This document shows positions 1 through 9,201 of a stretch of 64,000 nucleotides of DNA, in pieces. The notes beneath the pieces are model-generated. The model saw nothing but the letters and a program-made list of their open reading frames with translations. It had not been told where the DNA came from and did not search any database. Numbering within the stretch: position 1 is the first letter of the stretch; every line of letters begins with the position of its first letter. Both the position numbers and the translations under genes were made by a program. Source of the stretch: Acidimicrobiia bacterium (lineage in GTDB: Bacteria > Actinomycetota > Acidimicrobiia > Spongiisociales > ZC4RG35). The stretch lies in assembly GCA_965215185.1 (NCBI GenBank), contig OZ244034.1, forward strand, positions 1,568,001-1,632,000, given 5' to 3'.

Positions 1-1
1 G

Positions 2-466
2 GAGCTCATCAATGCCGGCAAACAGCAGGTCACTACCCTACCGGGAGCCTCCTACTTCCACCAGGCCGACAGCTTCGCCATGATCCGAGGCGGTCACCTC
101 GATCTCTGCGTGCTGGGCGCCTTGGAGGTGGCCGCCAACGGTGATCTCGCCAACTGGTCGACGGGCCAGCATGCCATCCCGGCAGTCGGCGGGGCGATGG
201 ACCTTGTGTCTGGGGTAAAGGCCGTGTATGTGATGACAAGACACTGCACTCGGGATGGGACGCCGAAACTCGTCGAGCGCTGCTCGTACCCGCTGACCGG
301 AGCCGGGATAGTTAACCGGGTCTACACCGATCTGGCCGTCATCGACATAACCGCCAACGGGTTCGAGGTCATCGAAGTGTCTGCGGGGATTTCCCTCGAC
401 GATGTCGCGGCCCGAACGGCGGCGCCACTCCTGGACGCCCGGCCGCAGGTACTCCCCCTAGCCTGA
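2..466 (+). CDS. 3-oxoacid CoA-transferase subunit B (5' end outside window)
   Basis: Frame open from position 2: ELINAGKQ...SFAMIRGGHLD...GGAMDLV...CSYPLTG...VYTDLAVIDI, ScoB/PcaJ family motifs. Confidence 0.9.
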   Translation, partial: ELINAGKQQVTTLPGASYFHQADSFAMIRGGHLDLCVLGALEVAANGDLANWSTGQHAIPAVGGAMDLVSGVKAVYVMTRHCTRDGTPKLVERCSYPLTGAGIVNRVYTDLAVIDITANGFEVIEVSAGISLDDVAARTAAPLLDARPQVLPLA

Positions 467-1489
467 AACCGGGTTACACAAGTCAGGTTCTTCGTCACAG
501 CAGAGGATGTCACACCGGTGGGTAGGCGTTGCTACGTTGCGCGAGACTTCGGCGTTTAGCAGTCGAGCCGGGAGGTCCGGGTCATCGATGGTTACCACAA
601 ACACCTTGCCATCATGCAGATCGACACGGATGCCAGGACCCGCACGCAGCACCACGGCAGCACGTTTCAAAAGAGTCAGGCTGCCCCGGTATCCCCAGCC
701 ACCCCAATCGGCCGGACGAACGTCTATGGCATGAACTGTGGCGATGCGATGTATGGGCACCGATGTACGAGGCCACCCCAAGAACCCGTAACGCACCTGC
801 AGTCCCGACTGGTCGGCGGTTACGCGTATACGACCGAAGGCGGACAAAACAATCGCTATGAACAGCAACACCAACACAACCCACAGCTCCGTGAGTTGTG
901 GGACAACCAGCGCGACAAGCAAAACAGCCAGGCTGGAAAACAGAGGCCACCTGGCGGACAGAGTGGAACTCCAGAACACCCGCTCCCCTACAGTGAGATT
1001 CATCACCGGCGGCGGGGCGTCGGTGCCGGTCTCGGAATCGAAAGGAAGCGACGAGGCGATCCGCGCCGCCACGCTGCCGGCGCCCAGGCTGCCGCCGATC
1101 CAGACGATCAGCGCCCAAGGGGAAAGGGTTGCATCCTGCCATCGCTCCAACCCTCGTTGGTCAATGGCCGTGGTGGCGAGCATCCCGGCACAGAGCGCCC
1201 CAATGAACGCGCCGACAAACGCCACGCTCGGTGCGACCATCGGCTGAAGCTTGCGCCGAGTGAGGGCGATTGCCAGGCACCCCCCCAGGCCAAGCACCAT
1301 CAGCGCCCCGATGACAATGAAAAACTGTTCCGGTGTCATCGAGCCATCCGCTTTGCCAGAGATGCCATAGTGACTTGCTACCCGGTTGGGAAGGTCGGAG
1401 CGATAGGCCTGGAATGGAATGAGGCCCATGGACACCACCGCCACAGGGATGCCGGCGCCCAGGGCCGTGCGTCGTATCCACTCGTTCAT
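458..1489 (-). CDS. DUF1648-like integral membrane protein with C-terminal PH-like domain
   Basis: LPNRVASHYGISGKADG motif, several TM segments, WGGWGYR C-terminal motif; start overlaps the GntR stop. Confidence 0.75.
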   Translation of the reverse strand: MNEWIRRTALGAGIPVAVVSMGLIPFQAYRSDLPNRVASHYGISGKADGSMTPEQFFIVIGALMVLGLGGCLAIALTRRKLQPMVAPSVAFVGAFIGALCAGMLATTAIDQRGLERWQDATLSPWALIVWIGGSLGAGSVAARIASSLPFDSETGTDAPPPVMNLTVGERVFWSSTLSARWPLFSSLAVLLVALVVPQLTELWVVLVLLFIAIVLSAFGRIRVTADQSGLQVRYGFLGWPRTSVPIHRIATVHAIDVRPADWGGWGYRGSLTLLKRAAVVLRAGPGIRVDLHDGKVFVVTIDDPDLPARLLNAEVSRNVATPTHRCDILCCDEEPDLCNPVSG

Positions 1490-1833
1490 AGCTGCACCTC
1501 CACAAGTCGCAGGATTTCGCGATTCCCAAACCCGGCGCGACGGGCTTCGCTGACCAGCTGCCGGGCGAGTTCGACATGTCGCATGACCGACTTGGCACCC
1601 GCTGCCACAGACGTACCTCGTCCTCTGCGGATTTCCAGCAAGCCCTCATCACGCAACGTCTGAAACGCCCGCAGGACCGTGTGCACATTCACCCCTAGGC
1701 CCTTGGCGACTTCGCGGGCCGGAGGTAATTTCGCGCCATCTTCAAGGTCCTGCGTGGCAATGCCACGACGCAGCTGACCGGCTAACTGTTCGTGTAGAGG
1801 TTGCGGGGATTGTGCATCAATCTTCCAAAGCAT
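1486..1833 (-). CDS. GntR (YtrA subfamily) transcriptional regulator
   Basis: PLHEQL...KLPPAREVAKGLGVNVHTVLRAFQTLRDEGLLEIRRGRGT; short 115-aa form; start reassigned to ATG at 1833. Confidence 0.9.
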   Translation of the reverse strand: MLWKIDAQSPQPLHEQLAGQLRRGIATQDLEDGAKLPPAREVAKGLGVNVHTVLRAFQTLRDEGLLEIRRGRGTSVAAGAKSVMRHVELARQLVSEARRAGFGNREILRLVEVQL

Positions 1834-1835
1834 AA

Positions 1836-1852
1836 TTCTATTATCACTAGAA
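1836..1852. promoter_or_regulatory. Putative YtrA-type operator
   Basis: TTCTA-ttatcac-TAGAA inverted repeat in an AT-rich patch immediately upstream of the GntR ATG. Confidence 0.5.
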
Positions 1853-2144
1853 CTATATGTATTACCAAATGACATTACACCCAAGACCCAGAGAACTCCC
1901 TCGAACGAGACTCGGCGACACCCGACAGCTTGGACGGGCTTTTTTGGGATCCAAGCATCGGGTCTGGAAGGTCTTGATGACAAAGATCGTTAGCACCGCT
2001 ATCACGTCCGAATACCTGCGGGCCGCACCTCATAGAGATGTTCATCGCGCCAACTCCATTGGGTGCTGTCCTAGAGTGGCGGTCTTGCATGCCCGCAGGC
2101 ACCAACAGCAGCGCCCTCATCCCCCAACACCGGCGAGCGGGTGG

Positions 2145-3260
2145 TCAGTTGAGGGTGTGTAGTGGTTCGGTGTAGGGGAATCCCAGGGCGTCGGCGACTG
2201 CCGGCTGGGTGATCTGGCCCCGCCGCACATTCAGGCCGTCCTGCAGACCCCGGTCGGATCGGATCGCTTCGACTGTCCCCAGGTCGGCCAGCTTAAGCAC
2301 GTAAGGGAGTGTGGCGTCGTTGAGCGCCTGTGTGGAGGTGCGGGGCACGGCGCCAGGCATGTTGGCCACGCAATAGTGCACTACGTCGTCGACTATGTAG
2401 GTGGGATCAGCGTGGGTGGTGGGCCGCGAGGTCTCAGCGCAACCGCCCTGGTCGATGGCCACGTCCACGATCACCGAGCCAGGCCGCATCTGCCTGACCA
2501 TATGGGCCGTGATCAGGCGGGGCGCCCGGGCCCCAGGCAACAGGACTGCCCCTATCACCAGGTCGGCGGCCATCACGGCATGCTCCAAGGTGACAGGGCT
2601 GGAGTAGAGGGTGTGCACGGTCGGCCCGAACCGGGCGGCCAGCGATTCGAGCACGCCTGCGTCGCGGTCCAACACGGTCACATCAGCGCCGAGGCCGAGC
2701 GCCATCTTCACCGCGTTTCGGCCAACGACGCCTCCGCCAATCACAACGACCGGCGCCGCGGCCGCGCCGGGAATGCCACCTAGTAGCACACCGCGGCCGC
2801 CCACGGAGGCTTCGAGGCATCGAGCCCCGGCCTGCACAGACATCCTTCCCGCCACCTGCGACATAGGCGCCAGCAGCGGCAGCCGGCCCGCGCGGTCCGT
2901 CACCGACTCATATGCGATGGCAGTGACCCCGCTGTCGAGCAAATTGTGGGCCTGTTCGGGGTCGGGCGCGAGATGCAGGTAAGTGAACAGGGTGTGGTGG
3001 CTCCGTAGCCGGGCTCGCTCGACGCCGAGCGGCTCCTTGACCTTCACAACCAACTCAGCTGCCTCGAAGACTTCCTCCGCGGTGTCGAGCAGCCGCGCGC
3101 CTCGGGTCGCGTACTCCTCGTCGCTGAATCCCGCCCCCGTGCCAGCGTGGCGTTCCACGAACACCTCGTGGCCCCGGTTGGCTGCCTGTGCGGCACTCTC
3201 GGGCGTGAGCCCGACGCGGCGCTCCTCGGTCTTGATCTCCTTGGGCACACCTATTCGCAT
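2145..3260 (-). CDS. ald: Alanine dehydrogenase
   Basis: MRIGVPKEIK, VKVKEP, LFTYLHLA, GGGVVG, DVAIDQGG, HYCVANMPGAVP. Confidence 0.95.
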   Translation of the reverse strand: MRIGVPKEIKTEERRVGLTPESAAQAANRGHEVFVERHAGTGAGFSDEEYATRGARLLDTAEEVFEAAELVVKVKEPLGVERARLRSHHTLFTYLHLAPDPEQAHNLLDSGVTAIAYESVTDRAGRLPLLAPMSQVAGRMSVQAGARCLEASVGGRGVLLGGIPGAAAAPVVVIGGGVVGRNAVKMALGLGADVTVLDRDAGVLESLAARFGPTVHTLYSSPVTLEHAVMAADLVIGAVLLPGARAPRLITAHMVRQMRPGSVIVDVAIDQGGCAETSRPTTHADPTYIVDDVVHYCVANMPGAVPRTSTQALNDATLPYVLKLADLGTVEAIRSDRGLQDGLNVRRGQITQPAVADALGFPYTEPLHTLN

Positions 3261-3383
3261 AGACCTCTCCTCACCTGGAAGGCGGTCGTGTCAGACACCC
3301 GCGTAACACCCACTACTTTAGCGGTTTTTGCTTATCACATCACCAGAGAATGCGAGAAATTCGCGTCACTCCGTCGGTATTTG

Positions 3384-4382
3384 CTAATTGAGGCCAAGTA
3401 GTTTCTCGGGATTGCTCTTGACCAATTTGCGAACATCATCAGCCGGCATGCCCAGATCCAGAAGAGACGCAATAAACTCACGCAATCCTTCGACGGGATC
3501 TGGCAGCGTATACACGCCGAAATCTGTGGCAATAATGCAATGGTCGACTCCCACCTCTTGGATCTGTTCGGCAGCTTTCCTGATGCTGCCCCTCACCTCA
3601 CCGGTCGTTTCCTCATCAATGGCTGCATATTCTCGCTCGACGTAGTAGTGGGTCTTGGGAATCGTCGTGGTATGTGTGAACGCACCCAAGGTGTATTCGA
3701 TGAACGCACCCTTTCCAGCCATATAGTGGAGTTGGTCGGTCGATGCCACCTGAGTGACCGCGGTGGCGACGAGCACGTTGTTGATCCCGTAATGGTGGGC
3801 AAGGTCAACCAGGCGGATGGCTTCATCGGCCGAGACGTGGCCGGTGTTCAAAAAGACATCGGGATTGTCCGAGATCAGTCCCAGAATTTCATCTAGCTCA
3901 TGCCCGATTGGCCCTTCTACTGGGATGCTGACGGCTCGCTCCACTTCCTCTCTTTTGAACTCCGGATACAAAGCAGCTAGTGATCTGAATTCTCCGTCCA
4001 CTATTCGACCCTCCCTGGAAGCTTGGAAATAGGTGGAATGAGCGCCGAAGCTAACGAATTTGGCGCCATCACCGTACCGGAGGGCCGTTTTAACAGCCCG
4101 AGGGTTCAACCCACCATTCACGGTATTGAGGATCAGACCACCGTAAACCATGAAGTCAGGAACGGCTCTGTTCACAATCCAGGCCACTCCGTTGCTCATC
4201 TGAAAAACATCCATAAGCACTATTGCTCGCATGCCGGCATCCCGCGCCTGCATGGCGGCCTGAATCGAGTCAAGTCTTCTGGGACTGCTCGGCAGGTGTG
4301 GTGTGGCATGTACGTGGATGTCTATGGCGCCTTGCAGAAGCTCTTGAGAAAGTTCAAAGGAACGACCTTCGGGCAATAGCAT
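3384..4382 (-). CDS. DUF6282-like metal-dependent TIM-barrel hydrolase
   Basis: GAIDIHVH, GGLILN..GGLNP, LNTGH, ATDFG, NPEKLL; GAGGAGG RBS before ATG 4382. Confidence 0.7.
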   Translation of the reverse strand: MLLPEGRSFELSQELLQGAIDIHVHATPHLPSSPRRLDSIQAAMQARDAGMRAIVLMDVFQMSNGVAWIVNRAVPDFMVYGGLILNTVNGGLNPRAVKTALRYGDGAKFVSFGAHSTYFQASREGRIVDGEFRSLAALYPEFKREEVERAVSIPVEGPIGHELDEILGLISDNPDVFLNTGHVSADEAIRLVDLAHHYGINNVLVATAVTQVASTDQLHYMAGKGAFIEYTLGAFTHTTTIPKTHYYVEREYAAIDEETTGEVRGSIRKAAEQIQEVGVDHCIIATDFGVYTLPDPVEGLREFIASLLDLGMPADDVRKLVKSNPEKLLGLN

Positions 4383-4604
4383 GCAACTCCTCCTCACCGA
4401 AATGCATAAGACGAGTCATGATGAGTCGCCGCCATCGATATTACCTTTCCCAGCTTTTAGAAAACAGGTAACCTGGCGCGAGTCGCTTTAGGCGACCAGC
4501 AAGGGGATCGAAAACTCTTCGGGCGGTGCCGCCAAGGATGCCCAACCATGTGCACTGACCCGGCAAGGGCTCCCCATCCTCGCTTGCGACTTAGGTCGCT
4601 TCTA

Positions 4605-5726
4605 TCAACTGCAGGCTTCTCCGTCTTTGTCTCCGTCGAGCCGGTCAAAGTCTTGACCCGTCACTGTTAAGGGCTTGTATTTCCGAGGAATGTCGCCACA
4701 GTTGGCATCATCGCTGGTGTTGCCCAGAGCGGGAACCTCAGAGCACGGATTCCCGGAGGATGACGTGTACGGACAACTGCCGTTACCTGCCGACGCGGCG
4801 GGGGCATTGGTGGTGGCCGTTGCCGGAGCAACCCTGTTGGTGACTGGGACGGTGGTAAGGGTCACCGTGGATTCGCAGGTGTTCAGCATCTCCTTCAACT
4901 CCCGTACCTCGGTTTGGTCTGCCGTTAGGTCCCACACGGTTTTGACCTTTATCCAGTCGGTGGCGTACTCGCACCACACAGACCGATCCGACGGTTTCCA
5001 CTCGGCGGGATCCCGCGACCCTTTTGACCGGTTGGAAGAAGCACTGACCGCGGTAAGCGCCTGTGGGTGAATCAAATCATTGGCGTACTGCCTCTTTTGG
5101 GAAGAGTTCCACTGCCACCCTCCCGAAGAGTGAGCCTCGGCTAAAGGAACCATGTGGTCAATGTCCAAATCGGACGGATCGGCAACCACTTTCCCGTCGT
5201 ACCAAGAAAGCCAGGTGCTGTCTGAGCGTTTTTCTTCTTCCAAGACGGAGCAGCGTGTGTTGCATCCCGACCTGACCTGAGTCCACGACCCGTACAGATC
5301 ACGGTCGTAAGCCACTCCCCCGTCGCTTTCATCCGCTAGTCGCAGTTTCAGAACCACACCTTCCGATTTCGGAGAAACGTCGGCCAGGGTGGTGCTCGGT
5401 GCCGTCGTAGTCGGTACCCCCGTCGTAGTCGGCGCCTCTGTGGAAGTCGGTACCGCCGTGGTAGTCGGCGCCGCCGTATCGGTAAGCACGGCGGTCGTGC
5501 TCGGCAACGCCTTGGTGATGGTTGGAGTGGCGGTCGTAGTACTGGGGGCGACCGTAGTAGCGGTGACCGGAGCAGCCGTGGTGGTGTAAGAGGAATCACC
5601 CGCGATCTCGCCACAGGCCGTCTGGGTGAACACCAAGACGGCCAACACCAAGACCAGGAGGTTGCGCCGTCCTGCCCCGTGGCGAGGAGAAGAACCGGTG
5701 AAATGGAAAGGGACACCGGAAGACAT
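4605..5726 (-). CDS. Secreted/lipoprotein HNH (DUF1524-like) nuclease with Thr-rich linker and C-terminal excalibur-like Ca-binding motif
   Basis: Hydrophobic leader ending TAC, Thr/Pro-rich linker, DIDHMVPL and NRSKG motifs, RLDGDKDGEAC terminus. Confidence 0.8.
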   Translation of the reverse strand: MSSGVPFHFTGSSPRHGAGRRNLLVLVLAVLVFTQTACGEIAGDSSYTTTAAPVTATTVAPSTTTATPTITKALPSTTAVLTDTAAPTTTAVPTSTEAPTTTGVPTTTAPSTTLADVSPKSEGVVLKLRLADESDGGVAYDRDLYGSWTQVRSGCNTRCSVLEEEKRSDSTWLSWYDGKVVADPSDLDIDHMVPLAEAHSSGGWQWNSSQKRQYANDLIHPQALTAVSASSNRSKGSRDPAEWKPSDRSVWCEYATDWIKVKTVWDLTADQTEVRELKEMLNTCESTVTLTTVPVTNRVAPATATTNAPAASAGNGSCPYTSSSGNPCSEVPALGNTSDDANCGDIPRKYKPLTVTGQDFDRLDGDKDGEACS

Positions 5727-5906
5727 AGCAACACAACGGTAAAAGATTCACCCACGGCAACGAAACCCTTTGGGGAATGGGCTCTTGCCGGTGGCCGCCG
5801 CTGGTGCGGGGACATCATGGACTACGCCCCTAAGACGTCAACCGCCCCAGGCCCATCGTGCGGACTTGCCAAACTAAGGAATGTCACGATCAGACTGGAG
5901 GCACTC

Positions 5907-7139
5907 TTGGGACCCCTCGACGTTGAATATGCCCGTAGCCAGTTCCCCGCTTTTTCCGATGCCCGGGTCGCCGACTGGGCTCACTTCGAGAACGCGGGCG
6001 GCTCCTATGTGTGTCGTCAAGTTATCGATCGGCTGACCGCTTTCTACCGCAACACCAAGGTACAGCCCGGTTACGCCTTCCCCATCTCGGTCCAGGCCGC
6101 CGCGGCCATGGAACGCTCCTACCAGCGGCTGGCGGAGTGGATGGGCGTCGGAGCGGATGAGATACATTTCGGACCCTCCACCTCGCAGAACACCTACGTC
6201 TTGACCCGGGCATTCCGGTCCACATGGCGGGAGGGGGACGAGATTGTTGCATCCACTCAGGATCATGAAGCCAATGCCGGGGTGTGGAGGCGGTTGGCGT
6301 CCACGGGTATCAAGGTCAGGGAATGGCGGGTCGATCCCGAGAAAGGAACCCTGGATGTTGCCGATCTCGACGAGTTGCTGACCGAACGCACCCGACTGGT
6401 GGCCTTTCCCCACGCCTCCAACGTGGTGGCCGCCATCAACCCTGTCCCCGAAGTCGTCGCCCGCGCCAGGGCGGTGGGCGCGAGGGTGTTGGTGGATGGG
6501 GTGTCGTACGCCCCCCACGGCCTCCCCGACATAGGAGCGTTGGGAGTCGATGTGTACCTGTTCTCCGCCTACAAGACGTGGGGTCCGCACCAGGGGGTGA
6601 TGTTCGTCCGCCGCGACCTGACCGACCGCCTCGGGAACGAGAGCCACTACTTCGTGGCCAACAAGCCACGTCTCAAGCTGATTCCGGCCGGGCTCGACCA
6701 TGCTCAAGTGGCGGCATGCGCGGGGATCGTCGATTACCTGGACGATCTATACACGCACCATGGAGGGAGGGAAGCCTCCCCGGTGAAGCGGGGCCGGGAT
6801 GTCCACGACTGGTTCCGGGCCCACGAGACGGACCTACTGAGCCAGCTGCTGCACTACCTGGCCGACCGTGATGACGTAAGGGTGGTGGGCCCCTCCGATG
6901 CCATCCGGCGGGCCCCCACTGTCTCTATCGTTCCGTTGAAGCGGCCCATCGCCGCGGTGGCGGAGTCCCTGATCAGCAGCCAGATGATGGTGGGGACCGG
7001 GGATTTCTACGCGCCCCGCCTACTCAAGGAGATGGGAATCGCCCCGGACCCGGGTGTGCTGAGGATCTCCTTCATCCATTACACCACCGCAGACGAGATC
7101 AACCGCCTCATCGAAGCCCTCGACCGCGCCCTGGGGTGA
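5907..7139 (+). CDS. Class-V PLP aminotransferase (cysteine desulfurase-like)
   Basis: ARSQFPA, HFENAGGS, DHEAN, VDGV.YAPH, FSAYKTWGPH; TTG start after GGAGG (ORF track starts at 5679). Confidence 0.85.
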   Translation: MGPLDVEYARSQFPAFSDARVADWAHFENAGGSYVCRQVIDRLTAFYRNTKVQPGYAFPISVQAAAAMERSYQRLAEWMGVGADEIHFGPSTSQNTYVLTRAFRSTWREGDEIVASTQDHEANAGVWRRLASTGIKVREWRVDPEKGTLDVADLDELLTERTRLVAFPHASNVVAAINPVPEVVARARAVGARVLVDGVSYAPHGLPDIGALGVDVYLFSAYKTWGPHQGVMFVRRDLTDRLGNESHYFVANKPRLKLIPAGLDHAQVAACAGIVDYLDDLYTHHGGREASPVKRGRDVHDWFRAHETDLLSQLLHYLADRDDVRVVGPSDAIRRAPTVSIVPLKRPIAAVAESLISSQMMVGTGDFYAPRLLKEMGIAPDPGVLRISFIHYTTADEINRLIEALDRALG

Positions 7140-7406
7140 GGACACTTCCTGGCAGCCCGAACCCGCGAGGGCGATGCCCGATCCTTGGGCAGCGGCTCAT
7201 ATTGTTCAAGGTGCGACCGAGCACTCGGGTCGCTTTGAACGCATCGGTGCCGACTGTCCGTGGTGGGAATAGACACCTGTGCCTTCGATCTCCAAGGATG
7301 TGGGGCGTACCTTTACCCTCCGGTAACACCTCTTTTCGGACTTCTCCTGACAGATCCCGAAGGCCGCGAATAGACTCAAGACTCATGCTGACTTGAGGGA
7401 GGCGCG

Positions 7407-7870
7407 GTGCGCAAAGTCGACCTGGCTCAACCGAAGACACTTCTGTTAGCGGTCATTGTGTTGGTGACGACCTGCTCGGAACCGGTGCCGCGGCCGGGCA
7501 GGAATCGGGTTCCGACACCTTCGGTGATGTCCCTGCCGGACATTGGGCAGACCAGGCCATCGGGTGGGCGGTCGCCAACGACATCACCAGGGGCGTAGCC
7601 GCGGGCCGCTTCGATCCTAACGGAACCGTTACCCGAGCCCAGATCGTCACCTTCCTTTACCGAGCCTTCCATTTCAGCCAGGGCACTCCTGTTACCTCCG
7701 GCGCCACGAAACGATCGGTTGGGCAGCCACCTACGGCATCACTTCAGGAGTGGGCCCGAATCAATTCGGCCCCGATGGAACGGTAACCCGCGCACAAATC
7801 GTCACCTTCCTCCATCGCATGGTGAATCTTGCGCAAAGCACCCGACCACCCTCCTGATTCCAACCCATGC
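7407..7870 (+). pseudogene. SLH-domain surface protein remnant (two SLH repeats, frameshifted)
   Basis: Hand translation gives DTFGDVPAGHWADQAIGWAVANDITRG..FDPNGTVTRAQIVTFLYR, then in another frame IGWAATYGITSG..FGPDGTVTRAQIVTFLHR. Confidence 0.75.
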
Positions 7871-7939
7871 CGGACCTGGGAGATGTGGTGGTGCATCCTG
7901 TTGCTCCGGTCGCCGGAATGGGGAATCTAGGTGTCCGGT

Positions 7940-8262
7940 GTCGGATGTCAACTCAGCGCTGATTGTGTACACGCCGGTACGGTCGCCGCTGCCTGACCCC
8001 ACGGAGATGTAGTAGAGACCGGTGCTGTCCGGCTGGAAGACGATGCTGACGTTCTTCCCGCTGGCAGAGCTGGTCGTGCCGTTGTTCATCGTTTCGTTCC
8101 TGTCGTGGATTCCGAGGATTTTGAGGTCGGTCGCCTGGTGTTCTTCTGGTATTTCGGCTCTCGTCCAGAGTCTCACCGTATAAATGTGGCCTTGGGTGAG
8201 TTCGATTCCCCACCAGTCCTCGTCGGGTTCGCCATCCCAGTTGTCCCCAAGAAATTCGCCGG
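7940..8262 (-). pseudogene. Extracellular beta-sandwich (PPC-like) domain fragment
   Basis: DEDWWGIELTQGHIYTVRL...LKILGIHD...VFQPDSTGLYYISVGS...TGVYTIS with no credible start. Confidence 0.5.
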
Positions 8263-8280
8263 TCGAGTACGCGGGAAAGG

Positions 8281-9201
8281 CTGGTTGCTCACAACATCAG
8301 CTTCGACGTAAGGATGTTAAGGCAGGAAGTGGACCGCCTAGACCGAGGCGGTTTCGACCCGGGAAAAGGGCTATGCACGTACCGGCTCACTGGGCAGAAG
8401 CTGAGCCTGGCCGCAGCAAAGGCTAGCCTACCTGCACCCAACCACACTGCCCTTGCCGACGCCCGCACGTCGGCAGCGCTGGTTGAGTTTCACGCTCCGC
8501 CCTCCGCACTACGGCGCCTTGTAGAGGCGGCCTGGACACCGGAGGTGACAGGCGGCACCGCAGTAACAGTGCGACATCCCTGGTCACCACCCCGTCGTGG
8601 ATCACTGCATCAGGCCGCTGCCCAAACCCCTTGGCCCGGTACTCCTACAGCAGGGACGGCGTTCTACCTTGACACGTTAGGCCGCTGCTTAGACGACGGA
8701 TTCCTTGACCTCTCTGAACAAACCTGGCTCGACCGCACAGCCGAAGTGCTCGGACTCAGCCACCAGGACAGAACTCAATTACACAACCAGTATTACGAGT
8801 TATTGAAAAAACAGATCCTCGCTGACGGGATCGTGACAGAGGGGGAGCGGCGGCTAGCCGAAAAGATAGCAGCGGCCCTCTCTCTCGGGCCCGCACATCT
8901 TCGAGCCACGCGGACCACAGCAGACCGCGTGACGCTCCAACCGGGCATGGCCGTGTGCTTCACCGGAACAGCAATCGTCAACGGCACACCTGCTAATCGA
9001 GAGTTGCTAGAGAAAATCGCCACGCAGGCCGGAATGCGGCCCCTCCAGTCGGTAACGAAAAGATGTGATCTGCTGGTAGCCGCCGACCCGCTATCTCAAT
9101 CCGGCAAGTCCCGCACGGCCAGAGCAAGGGGCATACCCATCATCAATACGGAGGACTTCCTAAACCAGGTCTGTCTACTCGATGCCGAGTGCTCTAGCTA
9201 A
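8281..9201 (+). pseudogene. 5'-truncated DEDDh exonuclease / BRCT-domain protein
   Basis: LVAHNISFD (ExoII) and HTALADA (ExoIII) present, ExoI absent; C-terminal BRCT VCFTG...SVTKRCDLLVAAD..SGKS..AR..GIPII. Confidence 0.7.

Noticed and set aside
3352-3364. GCGA-N5-TCGC palindrome upstream of ald as an Lrp/AldR site
   Set aside because: Only 4-bp arms, spacing does not fit the consensus I recall, and no Lrp-family gene is adjacent.
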